DNA of 64,000 nt from Polyangiaceae bacterium (GTDB taxonomy: Bacteria; Myxococcota_A; Polyangia; Polyangiales; Polyangiaceae), in contig CBDCTZ010000016.1 in assembly GCA_965222375.1 (NCBI GenBank), positions 3,168,001 through 3,232,000 of the forward strand. The letters run 5' to 3'. The notes under the pieces are model-generated. The model was given only the letters and a program-made list of their open reading frames with translations. It had not been told where the DNA came from and made no database searches. This document shows, one piece after another, positions 36,920-47,136 of the stretch. The translations under genes were made by a program, and so were the position numbers. How positions within the stretch are numbered: the stretch's first letter is position 1; every line of letters begins with the position of its first letter.

Positions 36920-38032
36920 ATGCGGAGCTTCGTGAAGGACAGTTGGCGCGGCGGTGCGTTGCTGACGCTGTGTATAGGGGTGTCGGCGGGTTGCTCCACT
37001 CTTGCCGGCATCGACCAGGACTACCGGGAGGTTGCCCAACCCGCATCAGATGCGGGCGTGGGTGGCGGCGCGGGGCTCGGGGGCGCCGCGGGCAGTGGCG
37101 GCGGCGCGGGGGTAGGCGCAGCGGGAGCGAGCGGTGCCGGGGGAGCGACCGGTGGCACGTCTGGAAGTGGAGGCAGCGCCGGTAGCACCGCGTCCTGCTC
37201 GTCTCTGGGTAAGCAGTGCGTGCCCGCCGTGCCGAGTGGCTGGTCCGGGCCGGTTGCCATGGCCAGCGGCCCATCGACTCCTCCCGCTTGCACCTCGGAG
37301 TATCCGACCCAGACGACCTCTGGCGTACTGGCCGACAATCTCTCCGCCGATCCGGCGACCTGCGGCTGTACCTGCAAGAACCCAGTGATCGCGATTTGTT
37401 CCACGGCCACGCTGAACGTTTACGGGGGTGGTACCTGTGGCAGTACCGGCAACAAGGTGGCCGACTTGGTCAATGGCTCGAAGTGCACGGCCGCGTCCCT
37501 GGACTCCCTTGCGACCCACATGCGCGCGACGGGCAACTTCATCTCAGGTTCTTGTGTGGCCCAGCCATCCGAGCAAGTCCCCTCCGCGACTTGGGGCCTG
37601 CAAGCGCGAGCCTGCGGTGGCGCGTCCACGGCAGGGGCCTGTTCCGGAGGACAGCTCTGCGTTCCGCCTGCCGCGACTTTCGAGATGTGCATCTATCAAG
37701 CTGGGAACCTGGCGTGCCCGGCGGGCTATACGAACAAGTCGGTCTTCTATGAAGGGTTCGACGATACGCGTGGCTGCACCGCCTGCACGTGTGGCACCGC
37801 GACCGGCAACTGCGTCGGCACCGGAACCGTGAGCCTGCACAACAAGAACGACTGCACCGACGACGTCAAGACGATTGACCTCGGGACTTGCGCCAGCGCC
37901 GTGACCGCTACCCACGCGAAGTACAACGACGGTCCGGCAACGAACGTAACCTGCCCGCCTGCGCCAGGCGCCGGCATGTCCACGGGAACCGCGACTCCAA
38001 AGGATGCCGTGACGTTCTGCTGCCTCAGCTGA
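36920..38032 (+). CDS. Cys-rich lipoprotein with Gly linker
   Basis: Lipobox 'SAGC', Gly-rich linker, many Cys, 'DDTRGCTACTC', C-terminal 'TFCC'. Confidence 0.8.
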   Translation: MRSFVKDSWRGGALLTLCIGVSAGCSTLAGIDQDYREVAQPASDAGVGGGAGLGGAAGSGGGAGVGAAGASGAGGATGGTSGSGGSAGSTASCSSLGKQCVPAVPSGWSGPVAMASGPSTPPACTSEYPTQTTSGVLADNLSADPATCGCTCKNPVIAICSTATLNVYGGGTCGSTGNKVADLVNGSKCTAASLDSLATHMRATGNFISGSCVAQPSEQVPSATWGLQARACGGASTAGACSGGQLCVPPAATFEMCIYQAGNLACPAGYTNKSVFYEGFDDTRGCTACTCGTATGNCVGTGTVSLHNKNDCTDDVKTIDLGTCASAVTATHAKYNDGPATNVTCPPAPGAGMSTGTATPKDAVTFCCLS

Positions 38033-38188
38033 ACCGCTTGTCTTTGGCACGATGCGTCAAGCTTTCCGTGTATAGCTTTTGCCACACTGAGTCTGCCTGC
38101 GACTCGGCACAGCAGTGGCCATCGCGTGGGATCGACTACACCTCCGGTTGCCGCAGTGGGATGGACTGGTTCCTGCAGAACTACTGGC

Positions 38189-38586
38189 ATGCAGCCAGTC
38201 CGCCCCGTGCCATGTTGCGTTGTCGCTTGCGTGCTTGCGTGGGGGGCCAACACATCAGCGCAGCCTGCGCATCGAGCTTCCGAGACAGCCGAGCGAGACT
38301 CAGGGCGTTTTCACAAGCGTCTCGGTTTGGGGGGTGGGGTGGCGCGGGCTTCGTGCGCTTCGGCGGGGAGGAAGCTGAAGAAAAAACCTTGGGGCCGGGC
38401 TTCGACGCTGGCGCTGGCTATCGATGGCACGTCGGACGACGGTGGCGGCTGGGTTTCGACGCTCGCGTGTTCGCGATTCCTTGGTCTTCCGGCAGCTACG
38501 ATGGCAACGACGACAACTCGCTACACGAAGATATTTCCGTCCGTGCCATGGCCGCGAGCCTGCAATTCACGGCCTCGTACAACTAG
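38189..38586 (+). pseudogene. Probable disrupted outer-membrane beta-barrel gene
   Basis: Signal peptide plus 'RFHKRLGLGGG' in one frame; beta-strand-like C-terminus 'GFDAGAGYRW..WRLGFDARVF..LQFTASYN' in the -1 frame; switch falls in a G-rich run near 38329-38342. Confidence 0.5.
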
Positions 38587-38595
38587 CCTGCGCCC

Positions 38596-39042
38596 TCAGG
38601 GCCCACCCGCGCCGGCCAGCATGCCGATGCCCATCAGGCCGAACACGAACACGGTCAGGATGACGTTCAAGAGCAGCAAGCCACCGTTCACGGCGAGCCC
38701 GGCGATGGCCAGCCCCCGCCCCTGAAAGCGTTGGGGCTCGTTCTTGATTCGAGAGATGCTGACGAAGCCGAGAATCAGGCCAACCAAGTTCGCCGCCAGG
38801 GCGAAGAACCCGCAGCACATGTACAGCGGCAGGCTGACGGCAGCGAGCACGAGGGACACGATGCCCATGGGCTCTTGCTGTGCCCCGAAGCTTCCGCCCA
38901 TGGCTTGGCCGGTTTGCTGAACTGCGACGCCCGGCGGCATCCCGGCGCCCCAACCCCCGGGTGGACCCTGGGGCGGAGGCGGCGCTTGTGGCGTGCCCCA
39001 GCCACGAGGACCTGGTGGCTGTCCGGGAGGTGGCGGCTGCAC
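38596..39042 (-). CDS. DUF4190-like membrane protein with Pro-rich N-terminus
   Basis: 'GIVSLVL', 'GLILGFVSISRIK...GRGLAIAGL'. Confidence 0.8.
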   Translation of the reverse strand: MQPPPPGQPPGPRGWGTPQAPPPPQGPPGGWGAGMPPGVAVQQTGQAMGGSFGAQQEPMGIVSLVLAAVSLPLYMCCGFFALAANLVGLILGFVSISRIKNEPQRFQGRGLAIAGLAVNGGLLLLNVILTVFVFGLMGIGMLAGAGGP

Positions 39043-39167
39043 CCTGCGAGAAAAGAGGACCCCCGCGGCTGCGTCAACACTTCATCTGCGCGGACGGGCC
39101 TTCTCCCCTTGCATCGCGCGCACTTCTTTTGTTCGCTGTCGCCAGCCCATCGCCGCTTGGAGACAAC

Positions 39168-40250
39168 ATGACTGCCGTTCGCTTCTTGGTTCACTCGATG
39201 ATCGCTCTGGCCTTTCTCGTCACGATGGCGAACTGCAACCAGGCCGGCAAATTCGGCATGCTGGGGGCAGCGTGCCCCGTGCTGAAGTCTGGCGATCCGC
39301 TGAAGTTCAACTATTCGGCGAACGTCAAGGCGAACGGCAAGGTTCGCGCATTCGTGAAGGCGACTCGGGATCTAGTCGACGCGTCCATTCAGATGGAGAC
39401 GCTAGCCACGACCGCATGCAAAAACATGGGTCGCGACCTGGGGCTGACCGAAGCCGACATGATGGCGAAGAACGACGAGCCAGGCGCGAGTGCTCAAGCG
39501 GCGTGCGGTGCTCTTGGCGTGCGCATCGACGCGATCTTGCGCAGCGGCATCTTCGTACGGGCGCAGGTGACTCCGCCCCAGTGCCAAGCCGACTTCCAGG
39601 CCAAGGCCCAGTGCGACGCTTCTTGCGACGTCCAGATCGATCCGGGGCAAATCGTAGCTCAATGTGAGCCGGCGAAATTGAGCGGCTACTGCCAGGGCAA
39701 GTGTGTTGGCCGTTGTGAAGGGCAGTGCCAAGGCCAGTGCAATGGACAGTGCAGCGCCGTGGACGCCAACGGGCAATGCAATGGCACCTGCAACGGTACC
39801 TGCACCGGGTCCTGCGGCGCTACATGCCACGCGCGCTGCGATGGCACCTGGCAAGCGCCCAAGTGCCAAGGCATGGTCCGCGGTCCAAGCGCTGATGCCG
39901 AGTGCAACGCCAGCTGCAACGCCAGCGCCAATCTGCGAGCCCAGTGCACGCCGGCCGCTGTCTCCATCCAAACCAGCGCGAACACCGAGGCCGCCATGCG
40001 CTTGGCCACGACGCTTCGAACCCACTTGCCCTACTTGCTCAAAGCCGAGCTGGGCCTGGGTCGCCGCATTGCGGGAGACGTGAAGGTCGTCGTCAACGTC
40101 GGGGCGCAATTGCCCAAGATCATCGGTAACGCCGGCGCCCAGGCGGTCGCGTGCGTTGCCGCCGCGGCCCAAGCGTCGGTGCAAGCCAGCGTGCGCATCA
40201 ACGTCAGCGTCAAGGCGAGCGCCAGCGTCAACGGCAAAGTTGCCGGTTGA
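39168..40250 (+). CDS. Exported Cys-rich protein with CxGxC repeats
   Basis: Signal/lipoprotein-like N-terminus; 'CQGKCVGRCEGQCQGQCNGQC'; C-terminal 'ASVRINVSVKASASV'. Confidence 0.8.
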   Translation: MTAVRFLVHSMIALAFLVTMANCNQAGKFGMLGAACPVLKSGDPLKFNYSANVKANGKVRAFVKATRDLVDASIQMETLATTACKNMGRDLGLTEADMMAKNDEPGASAQAACGALGVRIDAILRSGIFVRAQVTPPQCQADFQAKAQCDASCDVQIDPGQIVAQCEPAKLSGYCQGKCVGRCEGQCQGQCNGQCSAVDANGQCNGTCNGTCTGSCGATCHARCDGTWQAPKCQGMVRGPSADAECNASCNASANLRAQCTPAAVSIQTSANTEAAMRLATTLRTHLPYLLKAELGLGRRIAGDVKVVVNVGAQLPKIIGNAGAQAVACVAAAAQASVQASVRINVSVKASASVNGKVAG

Positions 40251-40274
40251 ATCAGATACCACCCGACTGACTAA

Positions 40275-41204
40275 ATGAACTCACGCCGGTATCGCTTCGC
40301 CGGCTACGTCATGGTGGCCGTTGCGGCCACGGGCTGGGGACTGTGGAGCCTGTTCTTTCGCCCGGCGGAAGCGATCAGCGTCGTACACCCGGCGGTGCAG
40401 GCCTTCATTCTCTTCAGCACTCAAGCGCTGGTCACGCTACCGGCGGGGCTCAAAGGGCTGGCGAGGCCGCGGCCGCGCAGTGCGTGGCTCGCGGTCGCCT
40501 ACATCGGTGTGGGCGACGCGCTCAACGCCGCGTTGTTCTTCGCTGCGATGCAGAAGACGTCCTTGGCCATCGCCGTGCTCTCCCACGACCTTGCGCCCGT
40601 TTTCGTCGCGTTGGCAGCACCACGCGTGCTCGGCGAATCCCCTCGCCGCGGGACCTGGCTGGCGCTCTCCGTCGCGCTGGTTGGGCTCGTGCTGTTGATG
40701 CGACCTTGGGCGGAGCAGGGCAAAGACGCTCTGCTGGGCGCCGCCTTCGGCGCCGGAAGCGCCATCTTCTACGCAGCGAACGTGTTGGTGACCAAGCGAG
40801 CGCAGAGGCACTTCTCGCCTCAAGAGCTACTGTTCTTCCATGTGCCCACGGCGCTGCTCTGCCTCGCGCTGATCATGCCTGCGGGCGCCCTCCAAATAGC
40901 GCCTCGGGCGGTGGCCTGGGTGTTCGCGGGCTCCATCCTGCTGGGTGCGCTCGGCGGCATCCTCTTTCTGAAAGGGCTCGAGCGCGTGGACGCAACTCGG
41001 GCCAGCGTGCTGACCCTGCTCGAACCCGTGAGCGCCGTACTCATTGGCGCCCTGGTTTGGGGCGAGAAGCTCAGCCTGCTTTCCGGCTTGGGCGCGCTGC
41101 TCGTGCTCGGAGCGCTGGGCCGAGTCCTGGGCGGCGCCGCCCGGGCTCCAAGCCGCCCCGCCAATGCGCCTACCAGAGATGCGCCCGCCGAGACGAGCAG
41201 CTAG
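40275..41204 (+). CDS. DMT/EamA family transporter
   Basis: About 10 TM in two repeats; 'APVFVALAA', 'RASVLTLLEPVSA..G..VWGE'. Confidence 0.9.
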   Translation: MNSRRYRFAGYVMVAVAATGWGLWSLFFRPAEAISVVHPAVQAFILFSTQALVTLPAGLKGLARPRPRSAWLAVAYIGVGDALNAALFFAAMQKTSLAIAVLSHDLAPVFVALAAPRVLGESPRRGTWLALSVALVGLVLLMRPWAEQGKDALLGAAFGAGSAIFYAANVLVTKRAQRHFSPQELLFFHVPTALLCLALIMPAGALQIAPRAVAWVFAGSILLGALGGILFLKGLERVDATRASVLTLLEPVSAVLIGALVWGEKLSLLSGLGALLVLGALGRVLGGAARAPSRPANAPTRDAPAETSS

Positions 41205-41214
41205 GCTCTGCGGG

Positions 41215-42069
41215 ATGAGCCTGCGGCGCCTGACTCTATGCAGCTTGCTGTGCGCAGCGCTGGGAGCCGCGTGTAGCGGCGACGATTCGAGTGGAGCAGG
41301 GCCCGCTGGCGGGGGGTCGTCGGGCGCGGCGGGCGCAGGTGGGCAGAGTGACGCCGGCATCCTCGACAGCAGTTGGCCCAAATCCGACAGCGCGACGGAT
41401 TCAGCGAGCGATGCGCTTCCCGAAGCGTCGGGCCCTTGTCCCAGCGACATGGCGCTGGTCGCTGGCGCCTGCATGGACCGCTATGAAGCTCCGAACCAAG
41501 CCGGCGAACTTCCCTTGGTGATGTATTCCTTCGACGAAGCCGACGCCTGGTGCTTGGCCCGGGACAAGCGCTTGTGTTTCGACGACGAGTGGACCGCAGC
41601 TTGCGCCGGTCCCCTCGAGGAAAAGTACTCCTACCCCAATGGCAAGACGCACCAACCCGGCGTGTGCAACGACGACAAGCTCTGGAAGCTCTACGAGCAG
41701 TCCAAGCTCAACGGTTGGCCCTTCACGGTTTCGACGCCCAAGGTGCAAACCCTGAAACAGCTTCTCGACGCGGCAAAGGCGCAGTCCGTGGCCGCGGCGG
41801 CTGCTGCCGATCATGTCGAGTGGCTCTATCAGGCAGAGCCATCGGGCTCCAAAACAGGTTGCGTGCGCGAAGAAGGCATCTTCGATCTCAGCGGTAACGT
41901 GGAAGAGTGGACTCAACGCCGCGACGGCGGCACCGCGTCCTTCCACGGCAACCTCAAGGGGCGCTATTGGGCCGACACCCGCACCTGCCAGAACAACATC
42001 ACGACCCATGGCGACGGGTTCCGCTTCTACGAAATCGGATTCCGCTGCTGCCGCGACCCGGCAAACTGA
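41215..42069 (+). CDS. FGE-sulfatase (SUMF1/EgtB/PvdO-like) domain lipoprotein
   Basis: Lipobox 'GAAC'; 'CPSDM', 'CMDRYE', 'KRLC..DEW..AC', 'DLSGNVEEW', 'IGFRCC'. Confidence 0.85.
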   Translation: MSLRRLTLCSLLCAALGAACSGDDSSGAGPAGGGSSGAAGAGGQSDAGILDSSWPKSDSATDSASDALPEASGPCPSDMALVAGACMDRYEAPNQAGELPLVMYSFDEADAWCLARDKRLCFDDEWTAACAGPLEEKYSYPNGKTHQPGVCNDDKLWKLYEQSKLNGWPFTVSTPKVQTLKQLLDAAKAQSVAAAAAADHVEWLYQAEPSGSKTGCVREEGIFDLSGNVEEWTQRRDGGTASFHGNLKGRYWADTRTCQNNITTHGDGFRFYEIGFRCCRDPAN

Positions 42070-42125
42070 GCCCGCGCGCCGACGTTGAGTACGCCGTCTT
42101 TTTCCGCACGCACCGATCTGTGCAG

Positions 42126-42548
42126 ATGTACAGCCTCGAAGATCTGAGCTACCCTCAGACGGTGCCGTTTCGCTACGAACCGGACGAGAATCCAAAGCAA
42201 AAACACCGCTGGAAGAAGAACGAGCCAGGGTTTCTCGAGATTCGCGGTGTTTTCATTGGGAAGTGCCCAGCGAACCTCTCTTTGGAGGAGGCGGAGACGC
42301 TTCTGAACGCAGGAATCCGTTGGAACAGGCCCCGCACACCAGATCTGGGCTACCCTGACTCTATCTATGTGGTGTACGAAGGCGCGGTTTATCGGGCGAA
42401 GCCAACAATGCCTGGCGAGTCGTATCACGCATTCCCAGAGCTTCCGAAGCGACTGCGAGAGCTGCCCGCGGACCTAAGAGATCGCATACTGGAACGCGCA
42501 CGCGAGCTTGGGTGCGAAACTCAGGTCCGACGCTGGATAAACTCATGA
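42126..42548 (+). CDS. Small hypothetical protein, candidate toxin/effector partner of the ImmA/IrrE peptidase
   Basis: 140 aa; ATGA overlap with next gene; motifs 'KQKHRW', 'GKCP', 'YRAKPT.PG.SYHAFP'. Confidence 0.7.
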   Translation: MYSLEDLSYPQTVPFRYEPDENPKQKHRWKKNEPGFLEIRGVFIGKCPANLSLEEAETLLNAGIRWNRPRTPDLGYPDSIYVVYEGAVYRAKPTMPGESYHAFPELPKRLRELPADLRDRILERARELGCETQVRRWINS

Positions 42549-43978
42549 CGACGACCTCGACAGAAGCCATCCGATTCGGCAAGGCGGCGCTGCGATTTCA
42601 GCTGGAGTGGACTGGGAGCAGCTCCTCGACGGCTGCCGATGCGACTCGAGGTCGCCTCGCCGTGTGGGTGGGCGAACAGCTCGTTTGGGGCGGCCTGGAA
42701 GCCGGGGAGGCGGTCGGATTCGAATGGACGTGGGTTGAACTTCTTGAGCACCTCGCCAACGCTTGGCCATACCTGGAGTATGAGCAGGCTGACCCAGTGG
42801 GTCTAGATGAGCCACCGCCGCTGCTACGCACCGCCGCCGAGCAGCGTTGGGCCGAACTGCCGAGTCAAGAACGCAGCCGCAAAGAAGAACAGTTGCTGGG
42901 CTTCTTGGACACGCACGATCTTTCCCGCGGTTTGCACGGAGCGTGGCCCGAGCCACTCTGGCTCTTGCGCGAGGGCGACGAGATGCGGCTCTGGTGCGGG
43001 GATGCATATGTTCGTGCGTCCAAGCAGGGGGTTCTCGGGGCCGTGGAGGAACTGGGTGACGCGATTCATGCGCGCCTGGGTCCACTAGCCGATGCTCGGG
43101 CGGAGGCGGTTCGAAAGCAATGGCGCTGCCGTGGCGAAACGACAGCTGCCACGTTCATCGAAGTTGCTACGGGTCTCGACAGCGAAACGATCGAACTTGT
43201 AGCTCAACGCGCCGGGCTGGGGACCAGATGGGAGCTCGAGTCCAACGATGGCTGGGAGGAAAACGAGTTCCTTGCGGTTGCGAGAATGGCCTGGACATCC
43301 GTTGGTCCTGACGACTTGGTTGAAGTCCTTGGGGCCATTCGGACGCTTCCTCACGTATGGACTCAGCAGATTGATGACCTTAGTGAGGAAGTGCGACGAG
43401 AAATCGCGGCATTGGACTCTGCACGGCCCTACGAGCAAGGCTACGCCGTTGCGACATGGCTGCGCCGGAAACGGCAGGTTCCGACGGACGAGACGTTCGA
43501 CGTTGACGCGCTGCTCTCCGATTGGAAGGTTGAGGTAAGAGAGATCAAACTCAACGCACGGACGATAGACGCGATCTCGTGCTGGGGACGGGGCCCCGGG
43601 CCCGGCATCATCTTGAACCGGCGCGGAATACACACACGTTTCGGTGCGCGACGCGCCACGTTGGCGCATGAAATCGCGCATCTACTGCTTGATCGACAGG
43701 GCGCACTGCCGGTCGCCGAAGTGCTTGGAGGCCGTGTGTCCGAAGAAATCGAGGCGCGTGCTCGCGCGTTCGCGGCGGAGTTGCTACTCCCCGCGGAGGC
43801 TGCGGCGCGGGAGGTCGCCCGCACGTCGGAAATCAAATCGGTCGTATCGAATCTCGTCGAGCGCTTTCGTGTGAGCCAGGCCCTCACCGCTTGGCAAGTC
43901 AGGAATTCCGGTGCTCGCATCACCGCCAACGAACGAGCGTACTTGCGTTCGCTTGTTTCCGCGCCGTCCTTGTTCTGA
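42545..43978 (+). CDS. ImmA/IrrE family zinc metallopeptidase with long N-terminal extension
   Basis: 'RRATLAHEIAHLLLD' (HExxH), 'IEARARAFAAELLLP', 'RFRVS..LTAWQVRN'. Confidence 0.88.
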   Translation: MTTTSTEAIRFGKAALRFQLEWTGSSSSTAADATRGRLAVWVGEQLVWGGLEAGEAVGFEWTWVELLEHLANAWPYLEYEQADPVGLDEPPPLLRTAAEQRWAELPSQERSRKEEQLLGFLDTHDLSRGLHGAWPEPLWLLREGDEMRLWCGDAYVRASKQGVLGAVEELGDAIHARLGPLADARAEAVRKQWRCRGETTAATFIEVATGLDSETIELVAQRAGLGTRWELESNDGWEENEFLAVARMAWTSVGPDDLVEVLGAIRTLPHVWTQQIDDLSEEVRREIAALDSARPYEQGYAVATWLRRKRQVPTDETFDVDALLSDWKVEVREIKLNARTIDAISCWGRGPGPGIILNRRGIHTRFGARRATLAHEIAHLLLDRQGALPVAEVLGGRVSEEIEARARAFAAELLLPAEAAAREVARTSEIKSVVSNLVERFRVSQALTAWQVRNSGARITANERAYLRSLVSAPSLF

Positions 43979-44146
43979 CGTTGCCGCGGAAACCGAGTAC
44001 GTCCCATCCACCCTGGCTTGTCATTTTGGCGTGATAACCGGGGACGAAACCGAGGGTCTCATCGACGACCTGCGCATTTTCGACGAGCCTCAGTAGCGCC
44101 CAGCTTCCCAGTAGCGTGGCGCGGAGCTCCCAAGTAGGCTGCGGCC

Positions 44147-46468
44147 GTGCGCGCCGCGTCGTTGGCCCTGTTTTGCTGTGTTCTGAGCTGGGCCGTGAGT
44201 GGAGCGGCCCAGCCTGCGCCTGAGCCGCCCGCAGACACGGCGCCCAAGGCCCAGCCGAAAACCGCGCCAAAAGTCACTCGGCCCGAGCCCGAATCCGTCG
44301 AGGTGTTCTACCCGCCAGGCGGAAAAGGAGACGCCGTCGTGGTGCTCGAAATGGTGGTGGACGAAACGGGCCAGGTCACCGGCGTCAAAGCCGTGGTCGG
44401 TGAGCCGCCCTTTTCCACCGCCGCCATCACCGCTTCGAGGAACTTCCGCTTCAAACCCGCCACCCGGGGCGGCAAGCCGATTGCGGCTAAAATCCGCTAC
44501 GAGGTCAAGTTCACCGAGCCGCCGCCCCCGGAGCCCGAGCCCGAGCCCAAAACCCCGCCCAGCGAGCCGCCACCCACCGGCGAGCCGCCTGCGCCACCTA
44601 CGCCGCCACCGCCACCAGGCCCCATCGAAGTCACCATCGAAGGCGAGAAGAAGCCGCCCTCGGTGACGACCTTCACCCGCGCCGAAGTGCGCGAGCTGCC
44701 CGGTGCCTTTGGCGATCCCTTCCGCGCTATCGAAGCCATGCCCGGGGTCACGCCGATCATCAGCGGTCTGCCCTACTTCTTCGTTCGCGGCGCGCCTCCG
44801 GGCAACATCGGTTACTTCCTCGACGGCATTCGTGTGCCGCTGCTCTACCACGTGGCTCTGGGACCCAGCGTCGTCCATCCTGGCATCGTCGAGCGCGTCG
44901 ACTTGTACTCCGGTGGCTACCCCGCGCGCTATGGACGCTTTGCTGGCGGCATCGTCGCGGGCGAAACCACTCCGCCCAAACCCGAGTTTCACGGCGAAGC
45001 CAATGTGCGTCTGCTCGATGCCGGCGCGTTGGTGGAAGCACCGGTCTTCGACGGCCGTGGAACCGTGCTCGTCGGCGGTCGCTACAGCTACACCGCGCTG
45101 CTGCTCACTCTTGCGGCGCCGGAAACCATCTTGCAGTACTGGGACTACCAACTGCGTGCCAGCTACGACGTCGGCCCCAAGGATCAACTGAGTGTGTTTT
45201 CCTTTGGTGCCTTCGACTTCATCGGTGAAAAACGAGAGGAAGGCACCCGTGTGTTGTTCTCGACGGAGTTTCATCGCGTCGACCTGCGTTGGGACCATCG
45301 CGCGTCGGCGCGCACCAACGTTCGCCTGGCGACGACCCTGGGCTTGGAGCTGACCCGCGGCGACGAGGACGACTTCTTTCTGCGCGACCGCTCCGTCTCC
45401 GTACGCACGGAAATTGCCCACAAAGCCCACAAAAACGTGAAACTCAAGCTCGGCGCGGACATGTCCACGGACACCTTCGACGTCAATTCCCCGGATCTGG
45501 TTGACGAAGAAGATCCAGCCCAAGCCGCCGAAGACCAGAAGGACTTCGAAGACGCGTTCCCGCTTAGGACCGACATAGCCACCGGCGTGTGGGGCGAGGT
45601 CGCCTTCAAGCCAGAGCCCTGGCTCACGATCACACCCGGGCTTCGCGTGGACGTCTACGTCTCCGATGGAGCCTCCGCGGTGGGCATCGATCCGCGTATC
45701 TCCGCCCGCTACGAACTGAACGACAAGTGGCGCTTGCTACACGCCTTCGGAATAGCGCACCAGCCGCCGAGCTTCGTCATTCCCATTCCCGGATTTCAGA
45801 TTTCGAACCTCGACACTGGGCTGCAACGGGCCGCGCAACACAGTGCCGGCGTCGAAGCGGATCTGCCCGAAGAGTTCAGTGCGGGGGTCACGTTATTTCA
45901 AAACGCGTTCTTCCGAATGACCGACGTGCTCGGAACCATCAAAGACGACGGCAACGACGAAACCGACGAAGATCCCAAGATCGACGATCGCAGCTTGGGA
46001 CACAGCTACGGCGTGGAAGTCTTCGTGCGTCGCTCCCTTGCCAAAAAGCTCGGCGGGTTCTTGTCGTACACCTTGTCGCGCTCCACCCGCAGCATCGGGC
46101 GCGAACACTTCCCGTCATCTTTCGATCGTACCCACGTGCTCAACTTGGCAGCGGCCTACGACTTGGGCCGGCGTTGGCGCGCGGGCGCACGCTTGGTTTT
46201 CTACACGGGCTTCCCCAACCAGGGCGATCGCAACCCGATCGGGCGGGTGGAGCGTCCGGATCGCATTCCATCCTTCTATCGAGTCGACGCTCGCCTCGAG
46301 AAGCGCTGGCGTCTGGGCAAGAAGGGCTACTGGGCTTTCGTGATCGAGTGGCTCAACGCCACGATCCAAAAAGAGACCGTCAGCGTCGATTGCAGCTCCG
46401 GTCGTTGCATCCCGGAGGAGATCGGCCCCGTGACCATCCCGAGCATCGGCCTAGAAGCCTTCTTCTAG
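44147..46468 (+). CDS. TonB-dependent receptor with N-terminal TonB_C-like domain
   Basis: Signal peptide; 'FRFKPATRGGKPI'; plug 'PGAFGDPFRAIEAMPGV..VRG', 'GGYPARYG'; barrel ending in Phe. Confidence 0.92.
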   Translation: MRAASLALFCCVLSWAVSGAAQPAPEPPADTAPKAQPKTAPKVTRPEPESVEVFYPPGGKGDAVVVLEMVVDETGQVTGVKAVVGEPPFSTAAITASRNFRFKPATRGGKPIAAKIRYEVKFTEPPPPEPEPEPKTPPSEPPPTGEPPAPPTPPPPPGPIEVTIEGEKKPPSVTTFTRAEVRELPGAFGDPFRAIEAMPGVTPIISGLPYFFVRGAPPGNIGYFLDGIRVPLLYHVALGPSVVHPGIVERVDLYSGGYPARYGRFAGGIVAGETTPPKPEFHGEANVRLLDAGALVEAPVFDGRGTVLVGGRYSYTALLLTLAAPETILQYWDYQLRASYDVGPKDQLSVFSFGAFDFIGEKREEGTRVLFSTEFHRVDLRWDHRASARTNVRLATTLGLELTRGDEDDFFLRDRSVSVRTEIAHKAHKNVKLKLGADMSTDTFDVNSPDLVDEEDPAQAAEDQKDFEDAFPLRTDIATGVWGEVAFKPEPWLTITPGLRVDVYVSDGASAVGIDPRISARYELNDKWRLLHAFGIAHQPPSFVIPIPGFQISNLDTGLQRAAQHSAGVEADLPEEFSAGVTLFQNAFFRMTDVLGTIKDDGNDETDEDPKIDDRSLGHSYGVEVFVRRSLAKKLGGFLSYTLSRSTRSIGREHFPSSFDRTHVLNLAAAYDLGRRWRAGARLVFYTGFPNQGDRNPIGRVERPDRIPSFYRVDARLEKRWRLGKKGYWAFVIEWLNATIQKETVSVDCSSGRCIPEEIGPVTIPSIGLEAFF

Positions 46469-46708
46469 GGGATTTGGGTCGGCGCGCAGTTTGTGGCTCC
46501 CTGTAGGCTCAATTCGGGCCAAATCTCGCCAAATTCGGCCCGATTCGTGCCAACCGTGCCAGCCTCGTTTTCCCCCGAAGGTGGCTGCGCGTGTCCAAAG
46601 CCACCTCAAATCGAGGCCCGAGCCCCTAGTCGCCTCACCAACTTACCCTCGGGCAGTCCCGATCCAGCAAGAACGCGCCGAAATCGGCCGTTTTCGTCTG
46701 ACGCGCAA

Positions 46709-47023
46709 GGTTAGTCGATCGACTAATCTTCGGTCCGGGACGTTAGTCGTTGTTTCGCAGCGGCACCCAGGGGCGCGCTATCTCCCGCGAACGCGATTTC
46801 TCGTCAAACCCCTGACGAAAATGCGTTAGTCGATCGACTAACCGTGTGGATCGCGGTGCTTCCGGGTCGCCACGGGTGTTCGCTGACCCGCAGTCGGTCG
46901 ACTAGCATGGCGAACATTCGGTGTTTCGAGCGTACGCGCTCTGCGGTCGAGCGACCAACCTGTCCGATCCAGGGCTCAGAACGCACCGAGCGTCCAACTC
47001 GGTGGTGCAGCCGAGCGACTAAC
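46709..47023. repeat. Intergenic array of palindromic TTAGTCGATCGACTAA-like motifs
   Basis: Perfect copies at 46711-46726 and 46825-46842; half-site near 46742; degenerate copies near 46889, 46943, 46983 and 47007. Confidence 0.75.
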
Positions 47024-47060
47024 CAGCGAATCTCGCGAAATTGACACAATTTGCGCCTGC

Positions 47061-47136
47061 GGCACACGGGTGGCGCACGCGGCACAGCCGGGAAGTTCGG
47101 CACACCAGGTGGCGCACGCGGCACAGTCGGGAACTT
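47061..47136. repeat. Two-copy tandem repeat, period about 39 bp
   Basis: GGTGGCGCACGCGGCACAG(C/T)CGGGAA at 47069-47094 and 47108-47133. Confidence 0.8.

Noticed and set aside
44090..45523. 477-aa minus-strand ORF
   Set aside because: Antisense shadow of the TonB-dependent receptor, typical of high-GC codon bias.
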